In this document: in pieces, positions 1 through 12,558 of the stretch
Layout: each line of letters opens with the position of its first letter
Position numbering within the stretch: the stretch's first letter is position 1
From: the human T2T-CHM13v2.0 reference genome, Homo sapiens
Length of the DNA stretch: 64,000 nucleotides
NCBI RefSeq assembly: GCF_009914755.1
Contig: NC_060932.1
Direction: 5' to 3' (one strand)
The notes under the pieces: model-generated
Seen by the model: only the letters and a program-made list of their open reading frames with translations
What the model was told of the DNA's origin: nothing
Database searches by the model: none
Program-made: the position numbers and the translations under genes

Positions 1-560
1 CTTGGTCTTTTCACTCATGAAATTCAAGGGTGGAATAGGCTTCTCTGGAGGCGGAGGGTGGAACAAGGACCCAGATAAGCCATAGAGTTGTCTCCTCTCA
101 ATTACCCATATGTAGATGAAGCGTGGCAGAATGGATTATTTTGTTAACCTGCTCCCTGCAAACCTCATTGTTCCACACTCAGTGTGTGTGAGTCTGCATA
201 AAACACACTCTCAGGTATTTATGAATTCGTTTCCTTTGTGCCAGCTGTCTTTCCCCGGAGTTTCAGGTCACCCTCAGATCTTAAGTCCATCAGCGTTTTT
301 TTTCTTTCTTTCTTTTTTTTTTTTTCTTTTTTTCCGCGGCTCCTCCCTGAAGCCTTTGACTGCAGAGGAGGCTGCCCAGAAAGGAGAGGGGCAGCGGGTG
401 CTGCAGAGGGATGCTTCAGAGAGAAGAAACCATTGGGGCACCTGCTGCCTGCCGTCCCCTGGGTAGCTGGAAAAAAGAGGAACACAGGAGCAAAGGGTGA
501 GAATGGGACCCTTTCCTGTGCTGAACCCGGCCCACAGAGTGGGGGAAGGGGCAGATCCAC
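1..560 (-). other. PRICKLE2: Putative non-coding first exon (5' leader) of a minus-strand gene, tentatively PRICKLE2
   Basis: Repeat-free, moderately GC/CpG-rich segment lying just downstream of a minus-strand TATA-like box and running off the window edge (..AAAGACCAAG). The gene name is recalled from architecture (a ~0.55-kb non-coding exon 1 plus a CpG-island promoter ~42-43 kb upstream) and is not verified by alignment. Confidence 0.5.
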
Positions 561-587
561 CGCGTTTAGGCTTATCGATCTCTGGTC

Positions 588-598
588 TTTTTAAATAT
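588..598 (-). promoter_or_regulatory. TATA-like box (TATTTAAAAA) of the proximal promoter
   Basis: The minus strand reads ATATTTAAAAAG in a GC-rich context, about 30-40 nt upstream of the CpG-containing segment at 555-580. Confidence 0.5.
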
Positions 599-1471
599 CT
601 CCTGGCCTGGCCACCTCATACTCCACGACAGCCTTGCTTTGCAGGACTCCCGAATCCAGCCGGGGTCTGAGTTTTGGTTACTCTATCTTCAGCCTTCCTC
701 TGCCAGGTGCCTGCCTCTTCTTTAATATTCTGTCCAGTCATCCTCCTTTTTGAATCCTCTTTCCAGCATTTTGCTCTAAAAGCACACATGGCATTGCTTT
801 GTGTGGCAAAGCAAAGTGAGCAACTTTAGAAAACCTATTTAGGTAGAATATATATATTGACTTTTTCTTTCCCTCACCATAAATGTTTCTGATTAGTGCT
901 GTTTGTAGTAGAGTCGCAGTCTCTTTAGAAGGAGGCTTTTGAGTCTTGTCACACCCTTATGCATTTATTCCCCTTTAAACATATTCTCTGCAAACCTGAA
1001 CTTGGTTGAGGGCTATCAACAAAACATGCTCCTGGGAGATTAAAAATATGGAAGTATGTTGATGACCCCTTTAACAGAATTCCTACCACTCTGGTTATCC
1101 CTAATACTTCTGTAACCCTCCAAAGAACTGTCCCAGGTCATTTAGTTAAAAAGCAAATATCTTCACAGTAATAATAAAAAAAAAAACATAAGGCATAACT
1201 CTTAGAACCACTGAAAACATTCTACTTCTTCTCCAGTGCCAGCAGAGCCTGAAAGTTTCAGATAGATGGGACCTGGCGACTGATGACTTTTCATTTTATT
1301 ATTCTAAAGCCATCTGAGAAAGCAGGAAGTTCTGTATTGGCATGTGTTTTTGAAAAGGTCAGCTTTAGGGTAGGGCCCATGAAAAGCCTCAGTCCAAGAA
1401 TCAAAAAAGTCAAGTTCTCCTACCACCAATAAGCTCTGGCAGAAGTCCTAGGATAGAACAGCGGATGAGTC

Positions 1472-1798
1472 GGCCGGGCGCAGTGGCTCATGCCTGTAAT
1501 CCCAGCACTTGGGGAGGTCGAGGCGGGTAGATCACAAGGTCAGGAGTTCGAGACCAGCCTGGCCAATATGGTGAAAACCCGTCTCTACTAAAAATACAAA
1601 AAAATTAGCCGGGTGTGGTGGCACATGCCTTCAATCCCAGCTACTCAGGAGACTGAGGCAGCAGAACTGCTTGAATCTGGGAGGTGGGGTTGCAGTGAGC
1701 TGAGATCGCGCCACTGCACTCCAGCCTGGGTGACAGAGTGAGACTGCATCTCAAAAAAAAAAAAAAAAAAAAAAAAAAGAAGAAGAAAGAAAAGAAAA
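1472..1798 (+). mobile_element. Alu (AluSg-like), full length
   Basis: GGCCGGGCGCAGTGG start, dimeric body, poly-A tail; TSD AGAACAGCRGATGAGTC at 1455-1471 and 1799-1823. Confidence 0.95.
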
Positions 1799-1984
1799 AG
1801 AACAGCAGATCAGCAGATGAGTCTCCATCCATCTCACCACCAGGTAGATACATCAGTGTCACCAAAGCTGGCATCAGTACATGGATGCAAGGAAACCCAG
1901 TAAATAAATGCATGCAAGATACCTGCTATATGACAGGCATTTGCTATCTTGTATTGAATAATGACAAGATCACCTGGAGATGGT

Positions 1985-2050
1985 CACTATTATTCAGAGC
2001 AAACAGCTGAGGCCCAGAGAAGTAAGTAATTTGCCAACTCACACAGCTCC
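1985..2050 (-). mobile_element. MIR fragment
   Basis: CTGAGGCCCAGAGAAGTAAGTAATTTGCC..CACACAGCT matches the reverse complement of the MIR core. Confidence 0.65.
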
Positions 2051-3724
2051 TTCAAACCTAAGCTCCACCTGCTTCCAGACTGAGGGTTCTACTCATTCCA
2101 CAAACTGCAGCCATTGGCATTTACTGCTTCCTTATGTCTCTGTGGAATTTGATAAGCGAAGTCTGCCATCTGCAGAGTTTAGCGTGCATATAATAAACCT
2201 ATCCTGCTTTGGGGACACCAATTTGAATTCTTCTGCACCATGAGGAAACCATTAACGAGCATGCTCCATTTGGGCAGCTAGTGGCAGCAAAAAACTACAT
2301 GATTGTTGTAGGTTTCTCAAATATCCCAATGTAAAATAAAATGGGTGTGGCCAGTGGAACATGACACATAACTGGCACTGTAACATTTTACATGCAACTC
2401 TAAACATCAATTTACAAAACACCCTTTCAGGAATTAGTAAGCTAAAATGCAAATTAGCTGACCTAACTCTTTAAAATGGCCACATCACGACTTCCACTTT
2501 TTTTTTTTTTCTGATTACAGTATCTTCATTTTCCACCCTTGTAAATGGGTTTTCTTTGGAAACGTGCCCTTAAAAGTTGCTCTAAGGAATAAAAGAAAAA
2601 AATGCTGGCACTGAACACCTCATTATTGGAGTTTATAATGCTTTCTGCAAGTCTTTAACTTTCTCCAAAGCAGCATGAATAAAGTCAACAGAAATGTATA
2701 GCTTGTTGAAATCACAAAGATCTTTCATCTCTGTTTCTTGTAGCCAGTTTATTTCTTTGTATATTTTGCTCACGACAGGAATCATACGTGAGTCTCCTTC
2801 ATCTCTTGGGAAATATGTTTGTTTGAAAGAAAACTTTTCCCATTTTATTATCAAGTATGTCTATTTTACAGCACCGTATTTTGAAGCGATGCATCATAAA
2901 GTGTGCTATGTGGCTATATAAAATTTAGATTGCAGCAGGAACGAGAATGTCATTTGAATAGATTAAGGATGGAAAGCACGTTTATATTCAGAACACGTGC
3001 AGTATGAGAAATGATGGGAACTCACTGCTGTCCAAGCAGAAATGATGGTGATAGGTTCAAACTCCTAAATGCTCGCTCCAGAAAACTAGCAAAGGTAATG
3101 TGTTTTCTTCCCAGAGGCCTGCTCTGCTATGCCTTGTCCTTAATCATAGTCACCAGACTCAGAGGTAAGAGGGTTACACAGGGGACAGCCATTTCAGGCA
3201 GGTCACAGGGATATTGGTTAGAGCCGACAGTACTAACCCTGTTTGTTCAGTTGTGCTTTCCCGACTGCAAGGAAATACATGCTGCTTCTACACTTCGGGC
3301 ACCAACCAGCCACAAAAAAATACATATATATTCCATGCGGCACCTGAATTTCTTTGCTGACCTTTACAGTGGTTTAATAAATCAATGGGAGGAATGTAAG
3401 CTTTAATGTTTGCAAAGATAGAGGATAAGCATTTCTGTCTGCAAGAGACAAAGCCCCGAGTCTGGCTCTTTCACAGCCATGCTGGATGCTGTCCAGGGCA
3501 GGAGTTCAGTTTCTCGCCAGTACTTCACTGCTGCATGAATGCAGCAAAGGCTGCAGAATTGCATATGGGCGGATCCCTGGATTCCTACAGTAAAGCAGGC
3601 AGGCTTCTGAAGCCAGGATATGTAACGCCGGTGTATGGTAAGTTGAACGTGTAAAAGACTCGCCGGATAAGAAAAGCAAAACTTGATTGTGTCTAAATGG
3701 CTTATTGATTAATTATATAACTCA

Positions 3725-3830
3725 AATGTTTATTCATCCATTGAGTCGCCAAATGTTAACTGAACACTTACAAGGTACAGGATTCTGTACAAGTGCCATG
3801 GGAGATGCAGGGAGTTTTAGCCCAGTCCCA
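3725..3830 (-). mobile_element. L2 3'-end fragment
   Basis: TTCATCCATT..AAATGTTAACTGAACACTTAC..GGGAGATGCAG resembles the reverse complement of the L2 tail. Confidence 0.5.
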
Positions 3831-3861
3831 GTCTTTGAAGGCCTTGAAAAATATCTGAATA

Positions 3862-4215
3862 CAATAAAAAGAAACCAACTACTACTACGTACAACATGGA
3901 TACATTTCAAAAACAATATACTGATACTGAATGAAAGAAGGCTTAAAGTATACATGTTGTATAATTACGTTTATATAAAATTCCAGGACAGGCAAACTAA
4001 TGTATGGTGGAAAAAATATCAGAACAGTGGTTTCCTCAGGGAGTGTGGAGTAGGAAATGACTGGGAGGAGGCACAAGGGAACTTTCCGGGGTGATGGTAT
4101 TTTTATGTGTCTTGAGAAGTTTGAATTGTGCAGATGTATCCATTTGTCAAGATGCATAGAATGTACCAGGATTTGTGCATTTTATTAAATGTAAATTTTA
4201 CATCAAAAGAAGAAA
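3862..4215 (+). mobile_element. Old L1 (L1ME-like) 3' UTR
   Basis: ACAACATGGAT..GGCAAACTAAT..GGCACAAGGGAACTTTCCGGGGTGATGG..TGTGCATTTTATT followed by an A-rich end. Confidence 0.8.
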
Positions 4216-5144
4216 ACTAAACCGAATGTGTATATACACATTTATAGATTACATATAATTATCAAAATAAATATAACAGTTTAAAAATTTATAAATATAA
4301 ATATAAAACAAATCATGTTAAAATAGCTAAGCAGAAAACAATTTATACTCATGGAATTTCAAAGAACTATGCAAAAGTTAAATGATAAAAGAATTCTAGG
4401 AGATGTCAGAAGGAAGAAGAAAATAGTACAAACAATAACTGCTATAATTTTAGAAAAGGGAGCAGCGACTGTGGGCTTGAATCAACATTTCTGTGTCTAT
4501 GGCTGGTTACTATGCCAGATGCTTTGAAAGTATCGTATTTAATTCTCATAGCTGCTCTATGAAGTGGATGTTCTTATTTTTGCTCTAAAGATGAGTAGTT
4601 ACAGTATTAATATTTCTATTAGTTCATCTTCATGTATTAAAAATGTTTAGCAATCTTACATTGCTGCCTTATATTGAATTTGCATCAACTTTTATAAAAC
4701 ATTGAAAATGATTTATACTGTGGCTTTTCTAAAAAACCTAAAATATAACTTTCCTTTATTTTCTTTAAATCTAATCTTTAATATGAATACTTCCAGTCCA
4801 TTTTTCAAACCTGCTGAAATCATTTTAAATCTTTCAACTTTAGGTAAAATTTTATAATGAACGAATGTGCCAATTTTTTTAACTTAATACACATCAGAAA
4901 TATGCTTTATACACTGTGTGTCACAGATTCTTGGGATTGGAAAGTGTTTAAATGTCTTCCGGTCAAGACCTTCACTTGCTTCTTTATCTTTGTCAGGCCT
5001 TAACCTTTGACGGCTTTGGTTATCCTTCTGTAAAGTGGATTATCTTCTTTCTATACCCTGCACTGCAGCCATTGGGCACTACTTCGGAACAGAGCAGAAA
5101 TTTCTAGGGAAGCAGAGGCATTGATGTCCAGAAATGAGCCTTGG

Positions 5145-5164
5145 TTTTTCGCTTTCACTTTCAC
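5145..5164 (-). promoter_or_regulatory. IRF-E/ISRE motif (GAAAGTGAAAGCGAAAA)
   Basis: Three GAAA units at 6-bp period; matches the IRF1/IRF2/PRDM1 consensus. Motif evidence only. Confidence 0.45.
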
Positions 5165-5541
5165 ACTTAAATTTCTTTTCCATCTGATTCCTATGGCATC
5201 CTCGCATAACAGAGATGATGTCATGATATTTAAATGGGGAGATGAGGTTTCCCAAGCATTCATGAGTTACATCACTGGTTCCCTGTAGCAATCCTTTGAG
5301 GCTTCTGCAGATCTTGCAGATGTCACCATCCTCACTGGATATATAAGGATGGTGAGAGGGCTGGAGAAGTAAGGGATGCACCCCAAACCGTATCTCCTAT
5401 AAGCAATGGAGCCACGACTGTAATCCAGCTTTCACGTTATCAAATTCACTGGGAATTTTCCCCCTAAATCTTTCAGTTTTATAAGTACATGTACAAGGCC
5501 AGTCCTTTTTCGGATCCTTTCATGGTACAATTCCAGAAAGA

Positions 5542-5552
5542 GGGAAGTCCCC
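5542..5552 (-). promoter_or_regulatory. NF-kB motif (GGGACTTCCC)
   Basis: Exact fit to GGGRNWYYCC on the minus strand. Motif evidence only. Confidence 0.35.
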
Positions 5553-6057
5553 GTTGCTGCCCACTTTCTGATCAGACACTTGAGGTGTAACTACTCTAAT
5601 CAGAGCTTCATCTCTTTACCTTCAATCACTGTTAATATGCCAATATCAGTGGAAGAGGTAAGGGCTAAAGCTGACATACCTAAGCTTTCTATCTAAGACT
5701 GACTATGAGGCTGATAACAGTTTTGAGAAAAAAGAAAATAAAAGAGGGGAAAGCTTGAGGACCTTGAGCAGTGAGTATAGGGCAACAAGGGAAAAAGGAG
5801 GCTCAACCCTTCCAGGATGAAGTGGACAGTCAAAGAAGCCAGAATAGAAATGGGGCTGGAAGCAGAATATTCCTCATAGACTTCGAGTTTGCCATGCCTA
5901 AAGCAAAGGCCTCTACTTCCATCCTATGGTTGACTAAGTTATAATTCATATGTCAATCAATTAATCCTTGGTGTATTTAAATCAAGGGAGAACATTAAAG
6001 CTTTATTTTGGGTGTCTTTCCCCACCTGACACTTGGCCAAAGAAATTCTGTACAAAA

Positions 6058-6210
6058 GCCAGGCATGTTGGCACTCGTGGCTTAGTCCCATCTACTCTGA
6101 AGGCAGGAGGATTGCTTGAGCTCAGGAGTTTGATGCTGCAGTGAGCTCTGAATGTGCCACCACACTCCATCCTGGGCAACAGAGCAAGACCCTGTATCTA
6201 GGGAAAAATA
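6058..6210 (+). mobile_element. Alu monomer (FRAM/AluJ right arm)
   Basis: Single Alu right-arm sequence with degenerate TSD ..TCTGTACA. Confidence 0.85.
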
Positions 6211-6479
6211 ATCTGTACATTGACAGGCACTCATTCAAGCTCCTTTTCAACCCTTACATACTCCAGCAAGGTGCTGGGCAGCCAGAAAAAGGCCAAAGGG
6301 AGTAGGAAATAGAAAGAGGAGAAGCAAAATGGCAGAATAACCCACACATCAGGTAATCAAACCAAGGAGGACTGATGGAAAATGAAATCATAATCCTGTA
6401 AGTTAAGAGGATAAGGGAAAGGGGAATTTGCATTTATTAAGCATAATTATGTGCAATAATATTAATAGTATCTTTATGT

Positions 6480-6740
6480 CTATGTCAAGCACCGTGCAAA
6501 GTCATTTACTTGGATAATTTCATTTAATCATCACAAAGTCCCAATGAATTGGGTATTAAAATCATGTTCATTTCAAAGATGTAATAATGAAGGTTTTAAA
6601 CTAACAGTATGCCAAAGGAACTCAGCCATTAAGCTCTCACAGAACCCTGCTAAGGTAAGCATTATTTTCACTTTACGATGAGGAATGTGAAATTCAGAGA
6701 GTTTATGATTATTGTTCAAAGTCACACAGCGAGGAGAAGG
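6480..6740 (-). mobile_element. MIR fragments
   Basis: CATTTAATCATCACAA.. and TTTACGATGAGGAA..GGTCACACAGC motifs. Confidence 0.55.
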
Positions 6741-9115
6741 TCCAGCTGAATTCTCACACTTCCTGCTAGGACCAAAGTGCAAGATTCTTGAGAGATGGTA
6801 TGCAAATAAGATCTCTCACTCTTTTTTATTTCTCCTACGAAATTTAAATTTATATATTAATGCAAAAAAAACCCACTGCAATAATCAGAGTCAAAAATGC
6901 TGAAATCACATCACTCATCCATATAATCGTCTTTTGGGCAGAGCAGCAAGACACAAGCCAAGTAAGTCTACACCCTGCTTTATTAGCAGCCTGCAAAAAT
7001 AGACATCCATCACTAAAATAACTTATAAGAGCCAAATTGCATTAGAGCGTCTCTCTCCAGATACAAGTTCAATGTCTTATTGCTAACCAGCAATTCCTTT
7101 TGTTATTATATTATCTGGAAGAGAAAAAAAAAAAAAAACTAACAAAGATTCCCTGCACCTTTCAGGATCACTTCATCCTACAAATCTAATAAACTGCACT
7201 ACCAAATCACATTAGGATAACAGATGTGCTTTTGAATAGGCCTTAGATATTTCAATTTGCAAAGTGTTTTTTTCTTTCTCATGCCAAAACAGTTTTTGCC
7301 CATTACACTGATTAATACTTACTTTAGAAGTTATCCAAATTAAAATTGCCTTCCAAATTAGTTCCCAAAATGAAATTTAGAAAGGTTACTTAAGTAAAGC
7401 CCATAGCTCTGTTTTAACACTCTTCAGTGTACAAATGGATGGGAGCTATAGGGAGAGAAGGCTCAGCTGCATGTAACATTCAGAGCTATCCAAAGGTGGA
7501 AGGAATTGCTCCAAGCATGAGGCAAGAGCATTTTAGAAGAAAAAAAAAAAAAAAAAAGCACTTCACCTCTGAGCTGGCCTTGACCCTAGATGGCCTCTCT
7601 GGTTGTCTGTCAAGCTGAGCGTCTCTGATTCAAAAGGACTAAAAAGGTTTAAAGTACTGAACAAGCTATGGCCAAGGAGCATTCCCAGCTTGCAGTGATC
7701 ATGAATGAGAGCTTAAAAGCACAGCATATGTCCCCAAACCGAGACTTGCTAATATCTTACTTTGGAGATGAGTCAAAAAGACAAATTATGAGCAAGAGCC
7801 AGCAGAATGAGACTTTTGAGGGAAGAAAGAGAGCTACTAACTGAAGTTTTGGGGAACATATATTTGCTTATTTGCATTGAACTCATCTTTCCTACAGAAT
7901 AAGGCTAAGTAATAAACAGCTGAATATTCATCAGTTGAATTGGTTTCCATTCTTGTAACACAACAATATTCACTTTCCTTCTTCCAATTTTTTTTTCCTT
8001 TCATGGGTTCATTATGAATGAAAGGGGAGAAAAGCAGATGCTTCTCTTACTCTCGCTTTCAGATTAAGTGTGGAAAGGAGCATGTACTCAGATCCATTCA
8101 CCTTTCTCATCTAAGACTCAAACCCAAGCATGAGGAATTGAATAGTCTCTCTCCCAGTCCCTACTGTCTAAGTCTTTGGTTCTTTATCTCTTCCTAAAAT
8201 TTGTGTGTTGCTGATTTCCCTTTGAAGAAAGTAACTATAAATTGGTCTGCAAAGTCCAGGGAATAGCAGACGGTGGAGCCTAGGGTTTAGAGGGTAAGTC
8301 AACAATCTCTAGGTGTTACTATGGTGACACATCCTAGAGGATGAGTGATGAGCCTGCTCTTACTTCAAAAAAGAAAAAGTGTCAATGAAGCCAGCCAAAT
8401 GCAGCAGCATCTTTTCCTGACAACTAAATGTTATGGATGTCATGTTGCTCTGTGTACAATTGTGAAAGTCTATATAGTTTTGGGAATAGCACGGAGGGTA
8501 TAAATGGTACTGGATTTGACGTTGAGGTGTCCATTCTAGACCTAGTTCTGCCACTAACCAAGAGCAACTGTCTTCAAACTGGGCCATGTGTTCCCCTGGG
8601 GAGACTGGAGGTCCTTCTAAGGGGTTCACAGGCATAGATAGTACAAAGGGAATCTATTTCTAGATCTCCCATTGCCCTATGTAGTTTTTTGTAAAATCAA
8701 TCTGCTTTCAAACTTGCACATGTTCTCCTTCCCACCTCTACCCTAAAGCAAATGAGGTAAGTCTTCAACAGTAAGATTTTGACAAAAATGCATTTAAGTC
8801 ACATAAGAAAATAATTTTGTAATATTGCATTGATAAAGATGCATTGAAATTAAAAGTATTCTTATTCCAATCCTTTTAAGTCTAATGGGTTAAATAAAGT
8901 GTCTTTAAGAGAAAAAAATAACTAGGTATAATTAAGGGTCATTTGATAAGACTTGGTAAAGCCTCTTTTGGTGTATTTCCCAGAAATGGAGTAACTTACT
9001 TTAATCAGCTAGAGAGAAATTCCTATGCAAGCTAAGTGCTTCCCAATTCTCAGCTTTTAACAAACTCAAAGGAGTATTTAATCAATTAATCCTCTGATCA
9101 TGAAAGTATTTTATA

Positions 9116-9425
9116 GGACTGGGCATGGTGGCTCACACAAAGTAATCCCAGCACTTTGGGAGGCTTTGGCAGGTAGAATCACTTGAGATCAGGAGTTTGT
9201 GACCAGCCTAGGCAATATAGCAAAACCCCATCTCTACAGAAAAAAAAAAATTAATAGCCAAATGTTGTGGTGTGCCTCTAGTCTCAGTTACTCAGGAGGC
9301 TGAGGGAAGAGAATGGATTGAGCCCACGAGTTTGAAGCTGCAGTGAGCTATGATTGTGCAACTGTACTGCAACCTGGGTAACAGTAACACTCTCTCTAAA
9401 ATAAATGAAAATAAATAAATAAATA
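9116..9425 (+). mobile_element. AluJ
   Basis: Diverged dimeric Alu with an (AAAT)n tail; TSD ..ATTTTATA. Confidence 0.9.
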
Positions 9426-9915
9426 CATTTTATAATAGGTCAACATGTGCTTTTTGGTTTAAAATTTGGAAACATTTCAAATATTGAGTGACATTGCTAT
9501 AACTTAGTATAAAACTTTTAACATAAAGCTTGTATTCCTGTATACTTATACTTATTTGTATACATGTATACTTATATACTTATTTTGGTAAACTATGTTT
9601 CTCAGTAATTTTATAGTACATGTGTATGTGGGCATATCCTGAAAAAAAGAAAAGTTTATTTTTATTTTAATAATTGCTTAATAAAATTTATAAGGTCCTG
9701 TTTTGAGCAAAAAGATTTGCAAACGTAAAATATATTAAAGGTAAAACAATGTAGGGAAGAGTAATAGAAATAAGAGTCCAAGGAGAAAAAGGAACTATAA
9801 AATTGGTGAAGGGTAAAGAAGAGCTTATTCATGTATATGTCAATTGGATGATGATAGGTAAATGTTGGCATTTTATTTAGGTTCCAATTGATATGTTGAA
9901 AAGAGTAATTTCACA

Positions 9916-10202
9916 TTTTTAGAGACAGGTTCTCACTCTGTCACCAAGGCTGAAATGCAGTGGCATGATCAGAGTTCACTGTAACCACAAGCTCCTGGGC
10001 TTAAGGGATCCTCCCACCTCAGCCTCCCAAGTAGCTGGGACTATAGGCATGCACCACCATGCTTGACTAAGATTTTTATTTTTTGTAGAGACAGGGGTCT
10101 CACTATATTGCCCAGGCTGGTCTCAAACTGCTGGCCTCAAGCAATCCTACTGCCTCAGCCTCCCAGTGTTGGGATTACAGGCATGAGCCACCACACCAAG
10201 CC
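9916..10202 (-). mobile_element. AluJ
   Basis: Reverse-complement Alu with TSD TAATTTCACA (9906-9915, 10203-10212). Confidence 0.92.
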
Positions 10203-10249
10203 TAATTTCACAATTTTATTTTAGAATACCTATACTTTAAATACACTGG

Positions 10250-10560
10250 AGCCAGGTATGGTGGCTCATGCCTGCAATCCCAGCACTTTGAGAGTCCAAG
10301 GCGGGTAGATTGTTTGAGTCCAGGAACTTGAGACCAGCCTGGACAACATGGTGAAACCCCACCTCCACCAAAAAATACAAAAATTAGCTGGGTGAGGTGG
10401 TACACACCTGTAATCCCAGCTACTCAGGAGGCTGAGGCAGGAGGATCACCAGAGCTCAGGAGGTCGAGGTTGCAGTGAACCATGATCGCAATGCTGCACT
10501 CCAGCCTGGGCAACAGAGCCAGACTCTGTCTCAAAATAAAATAAAATAATAAAATAAAAT
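10250..10560 (+). mobile_element. Alu (AluJb-like)
   Basis: Dimeric Alu with an (AAAAT)n tail. Confidence 0.92.
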
Positions 10561-11054
10561 GGAAATTACATCTTTTGCAACTGTCTAAACTTAAGAAAAG
10601 AATCAAATGAATTTTCAACATTCTTCTAGGGCATATATGAGCTAAAAATGTTTGAAGAATGCAGACTTGGGCAAAAGATTTGAATAGACATTTCCACAAA
10701 GGACATATATAAATGACAAGCTCATAAAAATATGTTTAACATAGTAGTTAGCAAAATGCAAATCAAAACCACAATGAGGCACCACTTCACAACCCCTGGA
10801 GTGAATGTAACTTAAAAAACCAGACAATAGCAAGTATTAACAAGAATGTGGAGAAATTGAAACCTTCAGACATTGCTGGCAGGAATGTAAAATAGTGCAG
10901 CCACTTTGAAAAGCAGTTTGACAGTTTCTCAAAATATTAAACATAGAGTTACCATATGATCTAACAATTCCACTCCTAGGTATCTACCCAAAAGAAACGA
11001 AACACATGTACACACAAAGACTTGAGTATCAATGTTCATAGCAGCATTGTTCTT

Positions 11055-12558
11055 TTTTATTGATACATAATAGTTGTACATATATATGGTGCACATATTT
11101 TGATATGTGCATACAATGTGTAATGATCAAATCAGATTAATTAGGATATCTATCACCTCAAACATTTATCTTTTCTGTGTGTTGAAAACATTGCAATTCT
11201 TTTCTTCTGGTTATTTTGAAGTATACAATAAATTATTGTTAACTATAATCACCCTACTGTGCTATTGAACACTAGAACGTATTCCTTCTATTTAACGTAT
11301 TTTTGTATCCACTAATCAAGTCCTCTTTACCTCCTCCTTCCCTCTACCCTTCCCAGCCTCTGATAGCCACCATTCTACTCTCTACCTCCATTATGTCTGC
11401 TGTTTAAGCTCCCACATATGAGTGAGAATATTTGATATTTGTCTTCCTCTGCCTGGCTTATTTCACTTAACATAATGACCTCCAGTTTCACCCATGTTGC
11501 TGCCAATGACAGGGTTTCATTCTTTACATGGCTGAATAATATTCCATTGTGTATTATTACATTTTCTTTGTTCATTTATCCATTGATGGAGACTTAGATT
11601 AATTCCATATCTTTGCTATTGTGACTAGCGCTGCAAAAAACATGAGGGTGCACATATGTCTTTGATATACTGATTTCCTTTCTTTTGGATATATACTCAG
11701 CAGTGGAACTGCTTGATCATATGGAAGCTCTATTTTCAGTTTTTTTGATGAGCCTCCATACTGCTCTCTTTAGTGGCTCTACTACTTACCATTGCCACAA
11801 ATAGTATCCAAGTGTTCCCCGTTTCTCCATATCCTTGCAAGCATCTGTTATTTTCTGTCTTTTTGATAAAAGACATTCTAACTGGGGTGAGGTGATATCT
11901 CATTGTGACTTTGATTTGCATTTCCCTGATGATTAGTGATGTCAAACATTTTTTCACATACCTGTTGACTATTTGTATGTCTTCTTTTGGGAAACTTCTA
12001 CTCGGGTCTTTCGCCCATTTTTAAATCAGATTATTTGGGGTTTATTGCCATTTAGTTGTTTGAGTTTCTTATATATTCTGGTTATTAATCCCTTGTCAGA
12101 TGGATAGTGTATTAGTTCATTCTCACACTGCTATAGAAAACTACCCGAGACTGGGTCATGTGTGAAAAAAAGTGGCTTAATTGATTCACAGTTCCACAGG
12201 CTTAACTGGAAGCATGACTGGGAGGCCTCAGGAAACTTACAATCATGGCGGACGGTGAAGGGGAAGCAAGCACACCTTACCATGGTGAAGCAGGGGGGAG
12301 ACAGAGAAAGAGAGAAGGGGGAAGTGCCACACACTTTTAAACCATCGGATCTCTTGAGAGCTCACTCACTATCACGAGAACAGCAAGGGGAAAATCTGCC
12401 CCCATCATCCAGTCACCTCCCAACAGGCCCCTCCCCCAACACTGGGTATTTATAATTCGAGATGAGATTTGGGTGGGGGCACAAAGCCTAACCATATCAG
12501 ATATTACAGTTGGCAAATAATTTCTCCCATTCTGTAGGTTGTCTCTTCGTTGATTGTT
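11055..12558 (-). mobile_element. L1MA-like 3' fragment nested in the L1MB
   Basis: Minus-strand ORF2 C-terminal remnants ([18 protein letters not shown]); TSD CAGCATTRTTCTT at 11042-11054 and 12559-12571. Confidence 0.88.
12108..12499 (-). mobile_element. MaLR solo LTR (MSTA-like)
   Basis: TGTATTAG..ACCATATCA termini; 5-bp TSD GATAG/GATAT. Confidence 0.88.

Noticed and set aside
116-594. 113-118-aa ORFs on both strands
   Set aside because: They are low-complexity (poly-F/K from the T/A tract) with no recognisable domain, and are better explained as UTR sequence.
3529-3546. TGCTGCAT-GA-ATGCAGCA hairpin as an ncRNA
   Set aside because: An 8-bp stem is too short for a pre-miRNA and is expected by chance in 64 kb.
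8565-8960. Possible hAT/Charlie relic
   Set aside because: Only vague terminal similarity; I could not establish TIRs or a TSD by eye.
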